From: Acidimicrobiia bacterium
Lineage (GTDB): Bacteria; Actinomycetota; Acidimicrobiia; Acidimicrobiales; VFJN01
DNA: 64,000 nucleotides
NCBI GenBank assembly: GCA_046565645.1
Contig: JBKHYD010000046.1
Coordinates: forward strand, 28,380-92,379
Reading direction: 5' to 3'
Shown: positions 53,658 through 61,446 of the stretch, piece after piece
How the letters are laid out: each line of letters begins with the position of its first letter
Position numbering within the stretch: the first letter of the stretch is position 1
Translations under genes and position numbers: made by a program
The notes under the pieces: model-generated
Databases searched by the model: none
Seen by the model: only the letters and a program-made list of their open reading frames with translations
What the model was told of the DNA's origin: nothing

Positions 53658-54511
53658 GATCCCTGCACCTTCGTCTGGTAGTCAGCCTCGCTGAGGTCGA
53701 GCCATGCGGTGCGGAACTCGGTCCACGCCTCGGGCGACTTGGCGGACGCGGCGTACTGCTTCTGGAAGCCCTCGTCGCGGTCGTAGTCCGGGACGCACGA
53801 GGTGAAGTGGGCGCCGTTGGGTGCCTCGATGACGCCGTCGACGAGCAGTCGGCTGATGACCAGCGACTGCGGCGGGCCCTCCTCGCTCAGCTGCTCGGTG
53901 GGGACGATCCGCTCGGTCGACAGGAAGCGCCTCTCGGCGGCACCGAGGAAGAGGTCGTCGAAGTAGGGGTCCGGTCCCAGGTACTGGCCGTTCCCCCGGG
54001 CATCGGCCCGGTTCATGTGCACGAAGGCGGCGTCCATCGTGATGGCCGGGGCGGCCACCAGCTCCTCGCCGTCGTCATAGGGCGAGGTGACCGTCCGCAG
54101 CCGCGGGTTGTCCCGCAGCAGGTCCGACCCGAGACCGACCCGGGTGGGGAGGAACGGCACCCGCCACGCGGCGGCCTGCAGGCCGAGGAGGAACATCCCC
54201 TCGTCGTAGGGCTCGTCCTCGATGGCACCCAACTGGCGGGCGGCCCGGAAGTGCGGCTCGAGCGGGATGGAGTCGAGGGACACGAACGCGTAGAGGAGCC
54301 GCTTCACCTTGCCCGCCGCGCACAGCAGGCCGACGTCGGGTCCGCCCCAGCTGACCACCGTGAGGTCGGTCAGCTCCGACCGCAGGATGGCCCGCACCAC
54401 CGACATCGGCTTGCGCCGCGAGCCCCAGCCACCGAAGCCGATCGTCATGCCGGAGCGGAGCTCGGCGACGGCCTCCTCCTCGGTGCAGCGCTTGTCCCGG
54501 GGCGCGGTCAC
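53654..54511 (-). CDS. ipdA: CoA-transferase subunit A, IpdA-like
   Basis: GTG at 54511, with a GTGA overlap to the upstream gene. LRSGMTIGFGGWGSRRKPMSVVRAILRSELTDLTVVSWGGPDVGLLCAAGKVKR and DPYFDDLFLGAAERRFLS closely resemble Mtb IpdA (Rv3551). Confidence 0.8.
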   Translation of the reverse strand: MTAPRDKRCTEEEAVAELRSGMTIGFGGWGSRRKPMSVVRAILRSELTDLTVVSWGGPDVGLLCAAGKVKRLLYAFVSLDSIPLEPHFRAARQLGAIEDEPYDEGMFLLGLQAAAWRVPFLPTRVGLGSDLLRDNPRLRTVTSPYDDGEELVAAPAITMDAAFVHMNRADARGNGQYLGPDPYFDDLFLGAAERRFLSTERIVPTEQLSEEGPPQSLVISRLLVDGVIEAPNGAHFTSCVPDYDRDEGFQKQYAASAKSPEAWTEFRTAWLDLSEADYQTKVQGS

Positions 54512-55269
54512 CGGCTCACGTCCGTGTCCCGCTTGGTGACGAACGCGTCTCGGTGCTCGTCGGCCACCCCCGACAGGTTGAGCTCGAAGGTGAAGCCCTG
54601 CTCGAAGCGGTAAGACCGCTTCACGTCCCACAGGTCGATGCCGTTGAGGCTCTCCTTGGCGGCCCGGATCACGGTGGGCGACTTGGCCGCGATCTGGCCG
54701 GCCACGCCCATGGCGGCGTCGCGCAGCTCGGCCTGGGGGACCACCTGGAGCACGGAGCCGAAGTGGTGGAGCTCCTGGGCGGTCGCGGTGGCCGACGTGT
54801 AGACCATCGCCCGCATCTTGTGCTGGGGCACGAGCCGAGACAGGTGGGTGGCCGCGCCGAGGGCGCCGCGGTCGACCTCGGGGAGCCCGAAGGTGGCGTC
54901 GTCGGCGGCCACGATCACGTCCGCGTTGCCGACCAGGCCGATGCCGCCGCCCAAGCAGAAGCCGTTGACAGCCGCCACCACCGGCACCGCGCACTCGTAG
55001 ACGGCGGCGAAGGCGGCGTAGCAGCCGCGGTTGGCGCCGATGAGGGCGTCGAAGCCCTCGGTGGCCTGCATCTCCTTGATGTCCACGCCGGCGTTGAAGC
55101 CCTTGCCCTCCGCTCGCAGGACCACGGCGCGGACCGCCTCGTCTCGTCCGAGGCCGGTGATCAGGTCGGCCAGCTCGAACCAGCCGGCGACGGTGAGGGC
55201 GTTCACCGGCGGGTTGTCCATGACGACCTCGGCGACGCCGTCGGGGTGGATGGTGCTGGTGGTGGGCAT
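54508..55269 (-). CDS. Enoyl-CoA hydratase, EchA20-like
   Basis: Crotonase fold: VVLRAEGKGFNAGVDIKEM, AAVNGFCLGGG and GLPEVDRGALG. The gene order echA-ipdA-ipdB is as in Mtb Rv3550-3552. Confidence 0.85.
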   Translation of the reverse strand: MPTTSTIHPDGVAEVVMDNPPVNALTVAGWFELADLITGLGRDEAVRAVVLRAEGKGFNAGVDIKEMQATEGFDALIGANRGCYAAFAAVYECAVPVVAAVNGFCLGGGIGLVGNADVIVAADDATFGLPEVDRGALGAATHLSRLVPQHKMRAMVYTSATATAQELHHFGSVLQVVPQAELRDAAMGVAGQIAAKSPTVIRAAKESLNGIDLWDVKRSYRFEQGFTFELNLSGVADEHRDAFVTKRDTDVSR

Positions 55270-55282
55270 GCGGCTCCGGAAT

Positions 55283-55297
55283 CTGATGGGGCGTCAG
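55283..55297. promoter_or_regulatory. Candidate operator, near-consensus CTGAT-N5-GTCAG (site f)
   Basis: aatCTGATGGGGCGTCAGgtc lies 14 nt upstream of the echA20-like ATG (minus strand). It has one mismatch to the palindrome. Confidence 0.4.
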
Positions 55298-55337
55298 GTC
55301 CGTCGTGACCGTAGCCCAGGGAGTACCGTGCGCGGCC

Positions 55338-56597
55338 ATGTCGGACTGGGGCGAGACGGCCATCGGGGTGGGCGCGGCGGTCGGCGTGGCGGTCCTCGTC
55401 TACGTGCTGCTGCGCACGAGGATCCTGCGGGTGCTCGAGCGCGAGATCGTGGAGTCGCCGGTTCGGTGGGACGACGCCCTCCTGCGCCGCCGCGTCCCCC
55501 AGCGCGTTGCGCTCTTGCTGCCGGCCGTCCTCGCGTTCGTGCTCGTGCAGCTGGCTCCGGACGACGAGCCCGATCTCGTGGTGGCCGCCGAGCGGATCCT
55601 CCTCGCCGTGGTCGTGCTGCTGTCGGTGTTCGTGATCTCCGCGGTGCTGAACGCGACCGACGAGATCTACGAGATGCACTATGACCCCACGAGGAACCGG
55701 CCCATCAAGGGCTACCTGCAGATCGTCAACACGCTCGTCTTCCTGGGCGGGACGATCCTGATCGTGGCGATCCTCGCCGACAAGTCGCCGCTGGTCCTGC
55801 TGGGCGGGTTGGGCGCGCTCACCGCCATCCTGCTGCTCGTGTTCCAGGACACGATCACCGGGTTCGTGGCCTCGGTGCAGCTGCAGAACTACGACGTGGT
55901 GCGCCAGGGCGACTGGATCGAGGCTCCCGAGTACGGCGCCGACGGCGAGGTCGTGGACGTGACCCTCCACACCGTCAAGATCCTGAACGCGGACCGCACG
56001 ATGGTGACGATCCCCACCAGCAAGCTCACCCAGGGCGGGTTCACCAACTGGCGTCCGATCTACGAGGGCGGCGGCCGGCGGATCATGCGGTCGATACGGC
56101 TCGACGTGTCGATGGTGCGGTTCCTCACCGGCGAGGAGGTCGACCGGCTCCGCCGCTGGGAGCTGCTCCACGACTGGCTCGAGGCCTGCCTCGACGACCT
56201 CGAGTCGCAGGCCGCCCACGACGCCTCGCTGCCCGACGGGGTGGTGGCCCACCGGCGGGGCATCACGAACATCGGCGCCTTCCGCGCCTACGCGGAGGCG
56301 TACGTGCGGCGCCACCCCCGCATCCACGGCGACGGCGGCGACATGACCGCGCTGGTCCGTGTCAAGGAGGCCACCCCCGACGGGGTGCCGGTGGAGGTGT
56401 ACGCGTTCGCCCGGGAGACCGGGTTCGAGGCGTTCGAGGAGGTGCAGGCCGAGATCTTCGACCACCTGCTCGCCGTGGTGCCGGAGTTCGGGCTGCGCGT
56501 GTTCCAGAACCCGACCGGTGCCGACATGGCCCGGCTGGCCGGCGCCACCCCGGAGCTGTCCCCCGTCGACGGGCACCAGGGCGGCGGGCCCGGGTGA
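55338..56597 (+). CDS. Mechanosensitive ion channel family protein (MscS-like)
   Basis: ATG at 55338. Several TM helices are followed by the MscS beta-domain motif GDWIEAPEYGADGEVVDVTLHTVKILNADRTMVTIPTSKL. Confidence 0.85.
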   Translation: MSDWGETAIGVGAAVGVAVLVYVLLRTRILRVLEREIVESPVRWDDALLRRRVPQRVALLLPAVLAFVLVQLAPDDEPDLVVAAERILLAVVVLLSVFVISAVLNATDEIYEMHYDPTRNRPIKGYLQIVNTLVFLGGTILIVAILADKSPLVLLGGLGALTAILLLVFQDTITGFVASVQLQNYDVVRQGDWIEAPEYGADGEVVDVTLHTVKILNADRTMVTIPTSKLTQGGFTNWRPIYEGGGRRIMRSIRLDVSMVRFLTGEEVDRLRRWELLHDWLEACLDDLESQAAHDASLPDGVVAHRRGITNIGAFRAYAEAYVRRHPRIHGDGGDMTALVRVKEATPDGVPVEVYAFARETGFEAFEEVQAEIFDHLLAVVPEFGLRVFQNPTGADMARLAGATPELSPVDGHQGGGPG

Positions 56598-57349
56598 GCC
56601 TGGCCATCGACCTCACCGGACGGGTCGCCCTCGTCACCGGCGGCACGAGGGGCATCGGCGCGGCGATCGCCGACCGCCTGGCCGAGGCGGGGGCGCACGT
56701 GGTGGTCTGCGGGCGGAGCGCGCCCTCCGACGGTCACCACCAGTTCCTCGCCTGCGACGTCCGCGACGCCGACCAGGTGGCGGCGCTGGTGGCGGCGGTC
56801 GTGGACCAGCACGGCCGCCTCGACGCGGTTGTGAACAACGCCGGCGGGTCTCCGTCGGTGCCGGCGGCCGACGCATCGCCGCGGTTCAGCGAGGCCATCA
56901 TCCGCCTCAACCTCCTCGCGCCGCTGCTCGTGGCCACCGCGGCGAACGCGGTGATGCAGGGCCAGACCGGCGGCGGCGCCATCGTGAACGTGGCCAGCGT
57001 GAGCGGGCTGCGACCATCGCCCGGCACCGCGGCCTACGGCGCGGCCAAGGCCGGCCTCCTCAACCTCACCCAGAGCCTCGCCGTCGAGTGGGCCCCGAAG
57101 GTGCGGGTGAACGCCGTCTCAGCCGGGCTGGTCGCCACCCCCGACAGCCTCGATCACTACGGCGGGTCCGAGGGGCTCGGACAGGTGGCGGCCACCGTGC
57201 CGCTCGGCCGGTTCGGCGAACCTCGCGAGGTCGCAGACGCCGTCGCCTTCCTCGCCAGCCCGCTGGCCTCCTACGCGTCGGGCACCAACCTCGTCCTCCA
57301 CGGCGGCGGGGAGTGGCCCGCCTTCCTGCGGGCAGCCGAGCCCCGCTGA
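56594..57349 (+). CDS. SDR family oxidoreductase
   Basis: GTGA overlap with the channel gene. TGGTRGIG, NNAG, YGAAKAG and the C-terminal ASYASGTNLVLHGG are present. Confidence 0.85.
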   Translation: MSLAIDLTGRVALVTGGTRGIGAAIADRLAEAGAHVVVCGRSAPSDGHHQFLACDVRDADQVAALVAAVVDQHGRLDAVVNNAGGSPSVPAADASPRFSEAIIRLNLLAPLLVATAANAVMQGQTGGGAIVNVASVSGLRPSPGTAAYGAAKAGLLNLTQSLAVEWAPKVRVNAVSAGLVATPDSLDHYGGSEGLGQVAATVPLGRFGEPREVADAVAFLASPLASYASGTNLVLHGGGEWPAFLRAAEPR

Positions 57350-57413
57350 GGGGGATGGGACGCCCGCGGTCGGGGTCGTGCCGCCCGCCCGGGGCGGCCC
57401 TCAGGGCGGAGCG

Positions 57414-58100
57414 TCAGGCGCCGACGGCTTCGCCCCCGCGGCCCCGGCGGGTCACGTAGATCTGGCGGGCCACCCGCTCGCCGAGGGTGCGGTCCTGGCC
57501 GTCCACGGTCACCACGACCGGTCCGTCGAAGGGGTGCTTCTCGACCACCGCCACCTCCACCCCGGGCACGAGGCCGAGGGTGCCGAGGAAGGCCACCAGC
57601 TCCGGATCGGTCGAGCCGGAGAGCGCCACCTCGGCCACCTCGTTCGGCTCCAGGTCGTACAGCGCCGGCGTGTCGGGCAGCTCGCCCGCCTCGGCGGTGG
57701 GGATGGGGAACCCGTGCGGGCAGGTCTCGGGCCGGTGGAGGGCCACGTAGAGGCGCTCGAGGACCTCATCGGGCAGCTCGTGCTCGAACGCGACCGCCAG
57801 CTTGTCGGCCTCGTTCCACTTGTAGCCGAGCATGTCGGCCAGGAACCGCTCGACGATGCGGTGCCGGCGGATGGCGTGCACCGCGGTGCGCTGCCCGGCC
57901 GGCGTGAAGGACACCCCCTGGTAGGGGCGGTGGTCGACGAGGTCACGGTCGGCAAGGCGCTTGATCGTGGTGGTGACGGTGCCCGGGGAGAGGCCGAGCA
58001 CGTCGGCCAGGGCCCCCGTGTGGGCCTCCGACCCGTCGCGGGTCAGCCGGTAGATGGCCTTGAGGGCCTCCCGCTCAGACTTCGTCAGCGCATCGTCCAC
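57414..58100 (-). CDS. DtxR/IdeR/MntR-family metal-dependent transcriptional regulator with C-terminal FeoA/SH3-like domain
   Basis: The wHTH is ALADVLGLSPGTVTTTIKRLADRDLV. The dimerisation/metal region is HAIRRHRIVERFLADMLGY...FEHEL....CPHG, and the FeoA-like tail is LYDLEPNEVAEVALS...VTVDG. The start is GTG 58100 (GAGG 6 nt upstream) or GTG 58106. Confidence 0.85.
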   Translation of the reverse strand: MDDALTKSEREALKAIYRLTRDGSEAHTGALADVLGLSPGTVTTTIKRLADRDLVDHRPYQGVSFTPAGQRTAVHAIRRHRIVERFLADMLGYKWNEADKLAVAFEHELPDEVLERLYVALHRPETCPHGFPIPTAEAGELPDTPALYDLEPNEVAEVALSGSTDPELVAFLGTLGLVPGVEVAVVEKHPFDGPVVVTVDGQDRTLGERVARQIYVTRRGRGGEAVGA

Positions 58101-58231
58101 CGGCACCCTCAATCCGAGGTTTGATCCACCGAAACCACGGCTTCGGGCCGGGCTCGTCCCTGCCCGGCCATCCCACCAGACCGCCGCAGTACCGGGCAAA
58201 CCCTCGCCTGCGCGAGACTCCCCCGGTCGAT

Positions 58232-58246
58232 CTGACGACCCGTCAG
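58232..58246. promoter_or_regulatory. Candidate operator palindrome CTGAC-N5-GTCAG (site e)
   Basis: gatCTGACGACCCGTCAGgag lies 15 nt upstream of the ATG at 58262, abutting the SD (GGAGCGAGGAG). Confidence 0.5.
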
Positions 58247-58261
58247 GAGCGAGGAGCAGCC

Positions 58262-58705
58262 ATGACCGCCACCGCCGTGCCCGCCATCCAGGGCTGGTTC
58301 ACCACCGGGAACGAGCCCCACCTGCTGGGGTCGCGCTGCCGCGCCTGCGGGACGGTGTCGTTCCCTAAGGCGACCGGCCTGTGCCGGAACCCGGCCTGCC
58401 GGGGCCGGGAGCTGGTCGACCACGAGCTGGCCCGGGTCGGCACGGTCTGGAGCTACACCGACGCCCAGTACCAGCCGCCGCCGCCGTTCATCCCCCCCAG
58501 CGAGCCGTTCGAGCCGTTCGCCCTGGCGGCGGTGGAGCTGGCCGAGGACGGCGTCGTGGTGCTGGGCCAGGTGGCGGCGGGCGTCGGCGTGGACGACCTG
58601 CGGGTCGGCATGCCCGTCGAGCTGGTGGTCGAGCCCCAGCACGAGATCGACGGGGTGCCGCAGCTGATCTACCGGTGGCGCCCGACCGGGGAGGTGGCGT
58701 CGTGA
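58262..58705 (+). CDS. DUF35 OB-fold / Zn-ribbon protein (thiolase partner)
   Basis: 147 aa. The rubredoxin-like ribbon is CRACGTVSFPKATGLCRNPAC, followed by the OB-fold (GTVWSYT....VELAEDGVVVLGQV). Confidence 0.8.
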   Translation: MTATAVPAIQGWFTTGNEPHLLGSRCRACGTVSFPKATGLCRNPACRGRELVDHELARVGTVWSYTDAQYQPPPPFIPPSEPFEPFALAAVELAEDGVVVLGQVAAGVGVDDLRVGMPVELVVEPQHEIDGVPQLIYRWRPTGEVAS

Positions 58706-59898
58706 GCGCGCCGGATCCGGTGGCCGTGCTCGGGGCGGGGATGCACCCGTGGGGGAAGTGGGGCCGCCCCTTCCACGAGTACGGGGTCGACGCCGCGCTC
58801 GCTGCGCTCGACGACGCCGGCGTGGACTGGGCCGACGTGCAGTTCGTGGCCGGCGGGGAGACCGTCCGCAACGGCTACCCCGGCTACGTCGCCGCCTCCA
58901 CCCTCACCCAGGCGCTGGGCTGGAACGGGGCCCGGGTGGCGTCCTGCTACGCCGCCTGTGCGTCAGGGGCCACGGCCATCGAGGCGGCCCGCACCCGCAT
59001 CCTCGCCGGCCTCTGCGACGTCGCCCTCGTCGTCGGCGCCGACACCACCCCCAAGGGGTTCCTGGCCCCCGTGGCCGGCGAGCGCTGGGACGACCCCGAC
59101 TGGCTGCGGTTCCGCCTGCTGGGCGCCACGAACCCGACCTACTTCGCCCTCTACGCCCGGCGCCGGATGGACCTCTACGGCGCCACCGAGGCCGACTTCG
59201 CCAAGGTGAAGGTGAAGAACGCCCGCCACGGTCTGAACAACCCCTACGCCCGCTACCGCAAGGAGGTCACCGAGGACGAGGTGCTGGCCTCCCCGATGGT
59301 CGCCGACCCGCTGCGCCTCCTCGAGATCTGCGCCACCTCCGACGGTGCCGCCGCGATCGTGCTCAGCTCGATGGACTACGCCAAGGCCAAGGGGATCCCG
59401 GAGCCGGTGCGGATCCGGGCCGTGTCCACCGTGACCCCGCGATTCCCCAACACCGTCATCGAGATGCCGAACTTCGCCACCGACTCGGCCGCCGCAGCCG
59501 CGCCGCCCGAGCTGACCTTCCGGGACTCGATCGCGGCTGCCGCCTACGAGGAGGCCGGCATCGGGCCCGAGGAGATGAGCCTGGCCGAGGTGTACGACCT
59601 GTCCACCGCCCTCGAGCTGGACTGGTACGAGAACATCGGCCTCTGCAAGGAGGGCGAGGCCGAGAAGCTCCTCAACGACGGCGACACCACGATCGGCGGT
59701 CGCATCCCCGTGAACCCCTCCGGGGGCCTGGCCTGCTTCGGGGAGGCCGTCCCGGCCCAGGCCATCGCCCAGGTCTGCGAGCTCACCTGGCAGCTGCGGG
59801 GCCAGGCCGGGGCCCGCCAGGTCGAGGGCGCGACCGCCGGCATCACCGTCAACCAGGGCCTCTTCGGCCACGGCAGCAGCGTCCTCCTCACCACCTGA
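58702..59898 (+). CDS. Thiolase-like SCP-x / lipid-transfer (Ltp)-type protein
   Basis: GTGA overlap with the DUF35 gene. VAVLGAGMHPWGK, the active-site-region CYAACASGATAI and NPSGGLACFGEAVPAQ (SCP2-thiolase pattern) are present. Confidence 0.85.
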   Translation: MSAPDPVAVLGAGMHPWGKWGRPFHEYGVDAALAALDDAGVDWADVQFVAGGETVRNGYPGYVAASTLTQALGWNGARVASCYAACASGATAIEAARTRILAGLCDVALVVGADTTPKGFLAPVAGERWDDPDWLRFRLLGATNPTYFALYARRRMDLYGATEADFAKVKVKNARHGLNNPYARYRKEVTEDEVLASPMVADPLRLLEICATSDGAAAIVLSSMDYAKAKGIPEPVRIRAVSTVTPRFPNTVIEMPNFATDSAAAAAPPELTFRDSIAAAAYEEAGIGPEEMSLAEVYDLSTALELDWYENIGLCKEGEAEKLLNDGDTTIGGRIPVNPSGGLACFGEAVPAQAIAQVCELTWQLRGQAGARQVEGATAGITVNQGLFGHGSSVLLTT

Positions 59899-59968
59899 CA
59901 CGTCTGGACCCTGCGGCCTCGGATCGCCGAGCGGCGGAGCCGAAGGTCCCGGGACGGCGCCTGGTCCG

Positions 59969-60463
59969 TCAGGTCTGCTCGTCGAGCAACCGCCTCAGCG
60001 CCGGCAGCGAGAGGTGGTCCTTGGGGCGGTCCGCGGCCTCCTTGGAGCGCACCACGTCGGCCAGCGACGCCACCTCGATGCGGACCCCGAGGACCGTGGT
60101 GTCGACGGCGTCGCGGTGGAGGTCGTCGTAGCCCGTCGTCCCGGCCGGGGTGAAGGAGATGTCGAGGTCCCCGTGGGGGCTCCGCAGGTTCCACACCTCG
60201 ACCGCTCCGAGGGAGCGACCGTCGTGGTCGAAGGGCAGCGGTTCGACGCCGTCGGCTCGGATGCGGGCATCGAGCTCCCGGAGGGCCGACGACAGCCGGT
60301 CGAGGTTCTCGGCCGAGCGCTCTGGCGTGATGTCGATGTCGAAGGTCACGTGAGGGGACCCGTGGTAGATGGCGGCGAAGCCACCGATGACGATGTACCG
60401 GACCCCGTGCTCGCTGAGCACCCGGAGGATCGCGCCCGGGTCGAGGGTGGGGGTGTCAGCCAC
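59969..60463 (-). CDS. Small nucleotidyltransferase-fold protein (minimal NTase, AbiEii/MNT-like)
   Basis: 164 aa. The NTase signature is IVIGGFAAIYHG...TFDIDI (hG[GS]-x9-13-DxD). The C-terminal helix SLADVVRSKEAADRPKDHLSLPALRRL resembles nucleotidyltransferase toxin/antitoxin families. It overlaps the upstream XRE gene by 8 nt. Confidence 0.55.
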   Translation of the reverse strand: MADTPTLDPGAILRVLSEHGVRYIVIGGFAAIYHGSPHVTFDIDITPERSAENLDRLSSALRELDARIRADGVEPLPFDHDGRSLGAVEVWNLRSPHGDLDISFTPAGTTGYDDLHRDAVDTTVLGVRIEVASLADVVRSKEAADRPKDHLSLPALRRLLDEQT

Positions 60464-60797
60464 CCGCCTGCTCCTTCGCCCGGTCGCGTCGCCCCGCCTG
60501 GGCCACCTCCTCGGCCAGCCGGATGGCGCCGAGGGCCTGGCGGATCCGGGCCTCCGGGTCGAGGGCCGCGTTGCGCTCCACCAGCGACCAGTCCGAGGTG
60601 TCCTTCGGGAGCAGCCGCACCTGGAGCTCTAGGCCGCAGGCGTCCACGAGCTCGGAGAGGCGCTGCAAGGTGGGATTGCCGCTCCCTCGCTCGAGCCGGG
60701 CGATGGCCGACTGCGTGGTGCCGACCCGCTGCGCCAGCTCCGCTTGGGTCAGGCCCGCCCGACGTCGGGCCTCCCGGATGAGGTGGTTCCCGCGCAT
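60456..60797 (-). CDS. XRE-family helix-turn-helix transcriptional regulator
   Basis: 113 aa. IREARRRAGLTQAELAQRVGTTQSAIARLERG is a canonical Cro/C1-type HTH. Confidence 0.8.
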   Translation of the reverse strand: MRGNHLIREARRRAGLTQAELAQRVGTTQSAIARLERGSGNPTLQRLSELVDACGLELQVRLLPKDTSDWSLVERNAALDPEARIRQALGAIRLAEEVAQAGRRDRAKEQAGG

Positions 60798-60806
60798 GGG
60801 GCCATG

Positions 60807-60840
60807 ATATCGCGGCGACGCAATATAGCGATGGCGATAT
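60807..60840. promoter_or_regulatory. AT-rich promoter/operator candidate of the XRE-NTase module
   Basis: The inverted repeat ATATCGC (60807-13) / GCGATAT (60834-40) has an internal AGCGAT copy. TATATT on the minus strand (60822-27) is a -10 candidate. This local ~50% GC island is embedded in ~70% GC sequence. Confidence 0.45.
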
Positions 60841-60913
60841 GGTTCCGATGGCGCGCCTGGCAGGGGCTCGCACGTCGGCGCCGTCGACTCCCGGGCCGCC
60901 GGGCTGGCACGCC

Positions 60914-60933
60914 CGGCTTCCCCCCGGAAGCCG
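60914..60933 (-). terminator. Terminator hairpin after the MaoC-SDR-ACAD operon
   Basis: CGGCTTCC cccc GGAAGCCG forms an 8 bp stem about 45 nt downstream of the MaoC stop. A second hairpin, CCCCTC ctcgtc GAGGGG, is adjacent. Confidence 0.5.
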
Positions 60934-60977
60934 ACGGCCCCTCCTCGTCGAGGGGTGGGGGTCCCGGGCCGCCTGGC

Positions 60978-61436
60978 TCAGGCCAGCCAGCGGCTGAGGG
61001 ACTCGACGACGCAGACGGGCTTGTCGCTGCCCTCGCGCTCGACGGTGATGGTGATGGTGGTCTGGACGCCGCCGGGGACCTCGTCGACCTGGGTGATCTC
61101 GGCTCCGGCCCGGATGCGGGAGCCGACGGGGACGGGGGCGGGGAAGCGGACCTTGCCGGTGCCGTAGTTCACGCCGCTCGACGCGGCGGGAACGGCGATG
61201 AGCTGGGGGAGGAAGAGGTTCGTCAGTGCCAGGGTGAGGTACCCGTGGGCGATGGGGCCGCCGAAGGGGCTCTCCCGGGTGGCCCGGTCGACGTCGACGT
61301 GGATCCACTGGTGGTCCCCGGTGGCCTCGGCGAACTGGTCGACCCGGTCCTGGGTGATGGCGGTCCAGTCGGTCCACCCGAGGTGGGTGCCGGCGGCGGA
61401 GCGGAGGTCGTCGAGGTTGGCGAAGGTGGTGGGCAC
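60978..61436 (-). CDS. MaoC-like (R)-specific enoyl-CoA hydratase / dehydratase
   Basis: FAEATGDHQWIHVDVDRATRESPFGGPIAHGYLTL is the hotdog hydratase motif. GTG start. Confidence 0.85.
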   Translation of the reverse strand: MPTTFANLDDLRSAAGTHLGWTDWTAITQDRVDQFAEATGDHQWIHVDVDRATRESPFGGPIAHGYLTLALTNLFLPQLIAVPAASSGVNYGTGKVRFPAPVPVGSRIRAGAEITQVDEVPGGVQTTITITVEREGSDKPVCVVESLSRWLA

Positions 61437-61446
61437 GGGGGTTCCC

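Noticed and set aside
55270-55337. Looked for mycobacterial KstR2 (AnCAAGnnCTTGnT) or KstR (TnnAACnnGTTnnA) boxes upstream of echA20-ipdAB and the other catabolic units.
   Set aside because: I found no match by eye in any of the relevant intergenic regions. The CTGAC-N5-GTCAG type palindrome is present instead.
58107-58231. IdeR/DtxR iron box in the regulator-thiolase spacer.
   Set aside because: Nothing resembles TTAGGTTAGGCTAACCTAA. Only a weak GGTTT-N9-AAACC repeat is present, and it is reported at low interest rather than as a feature.
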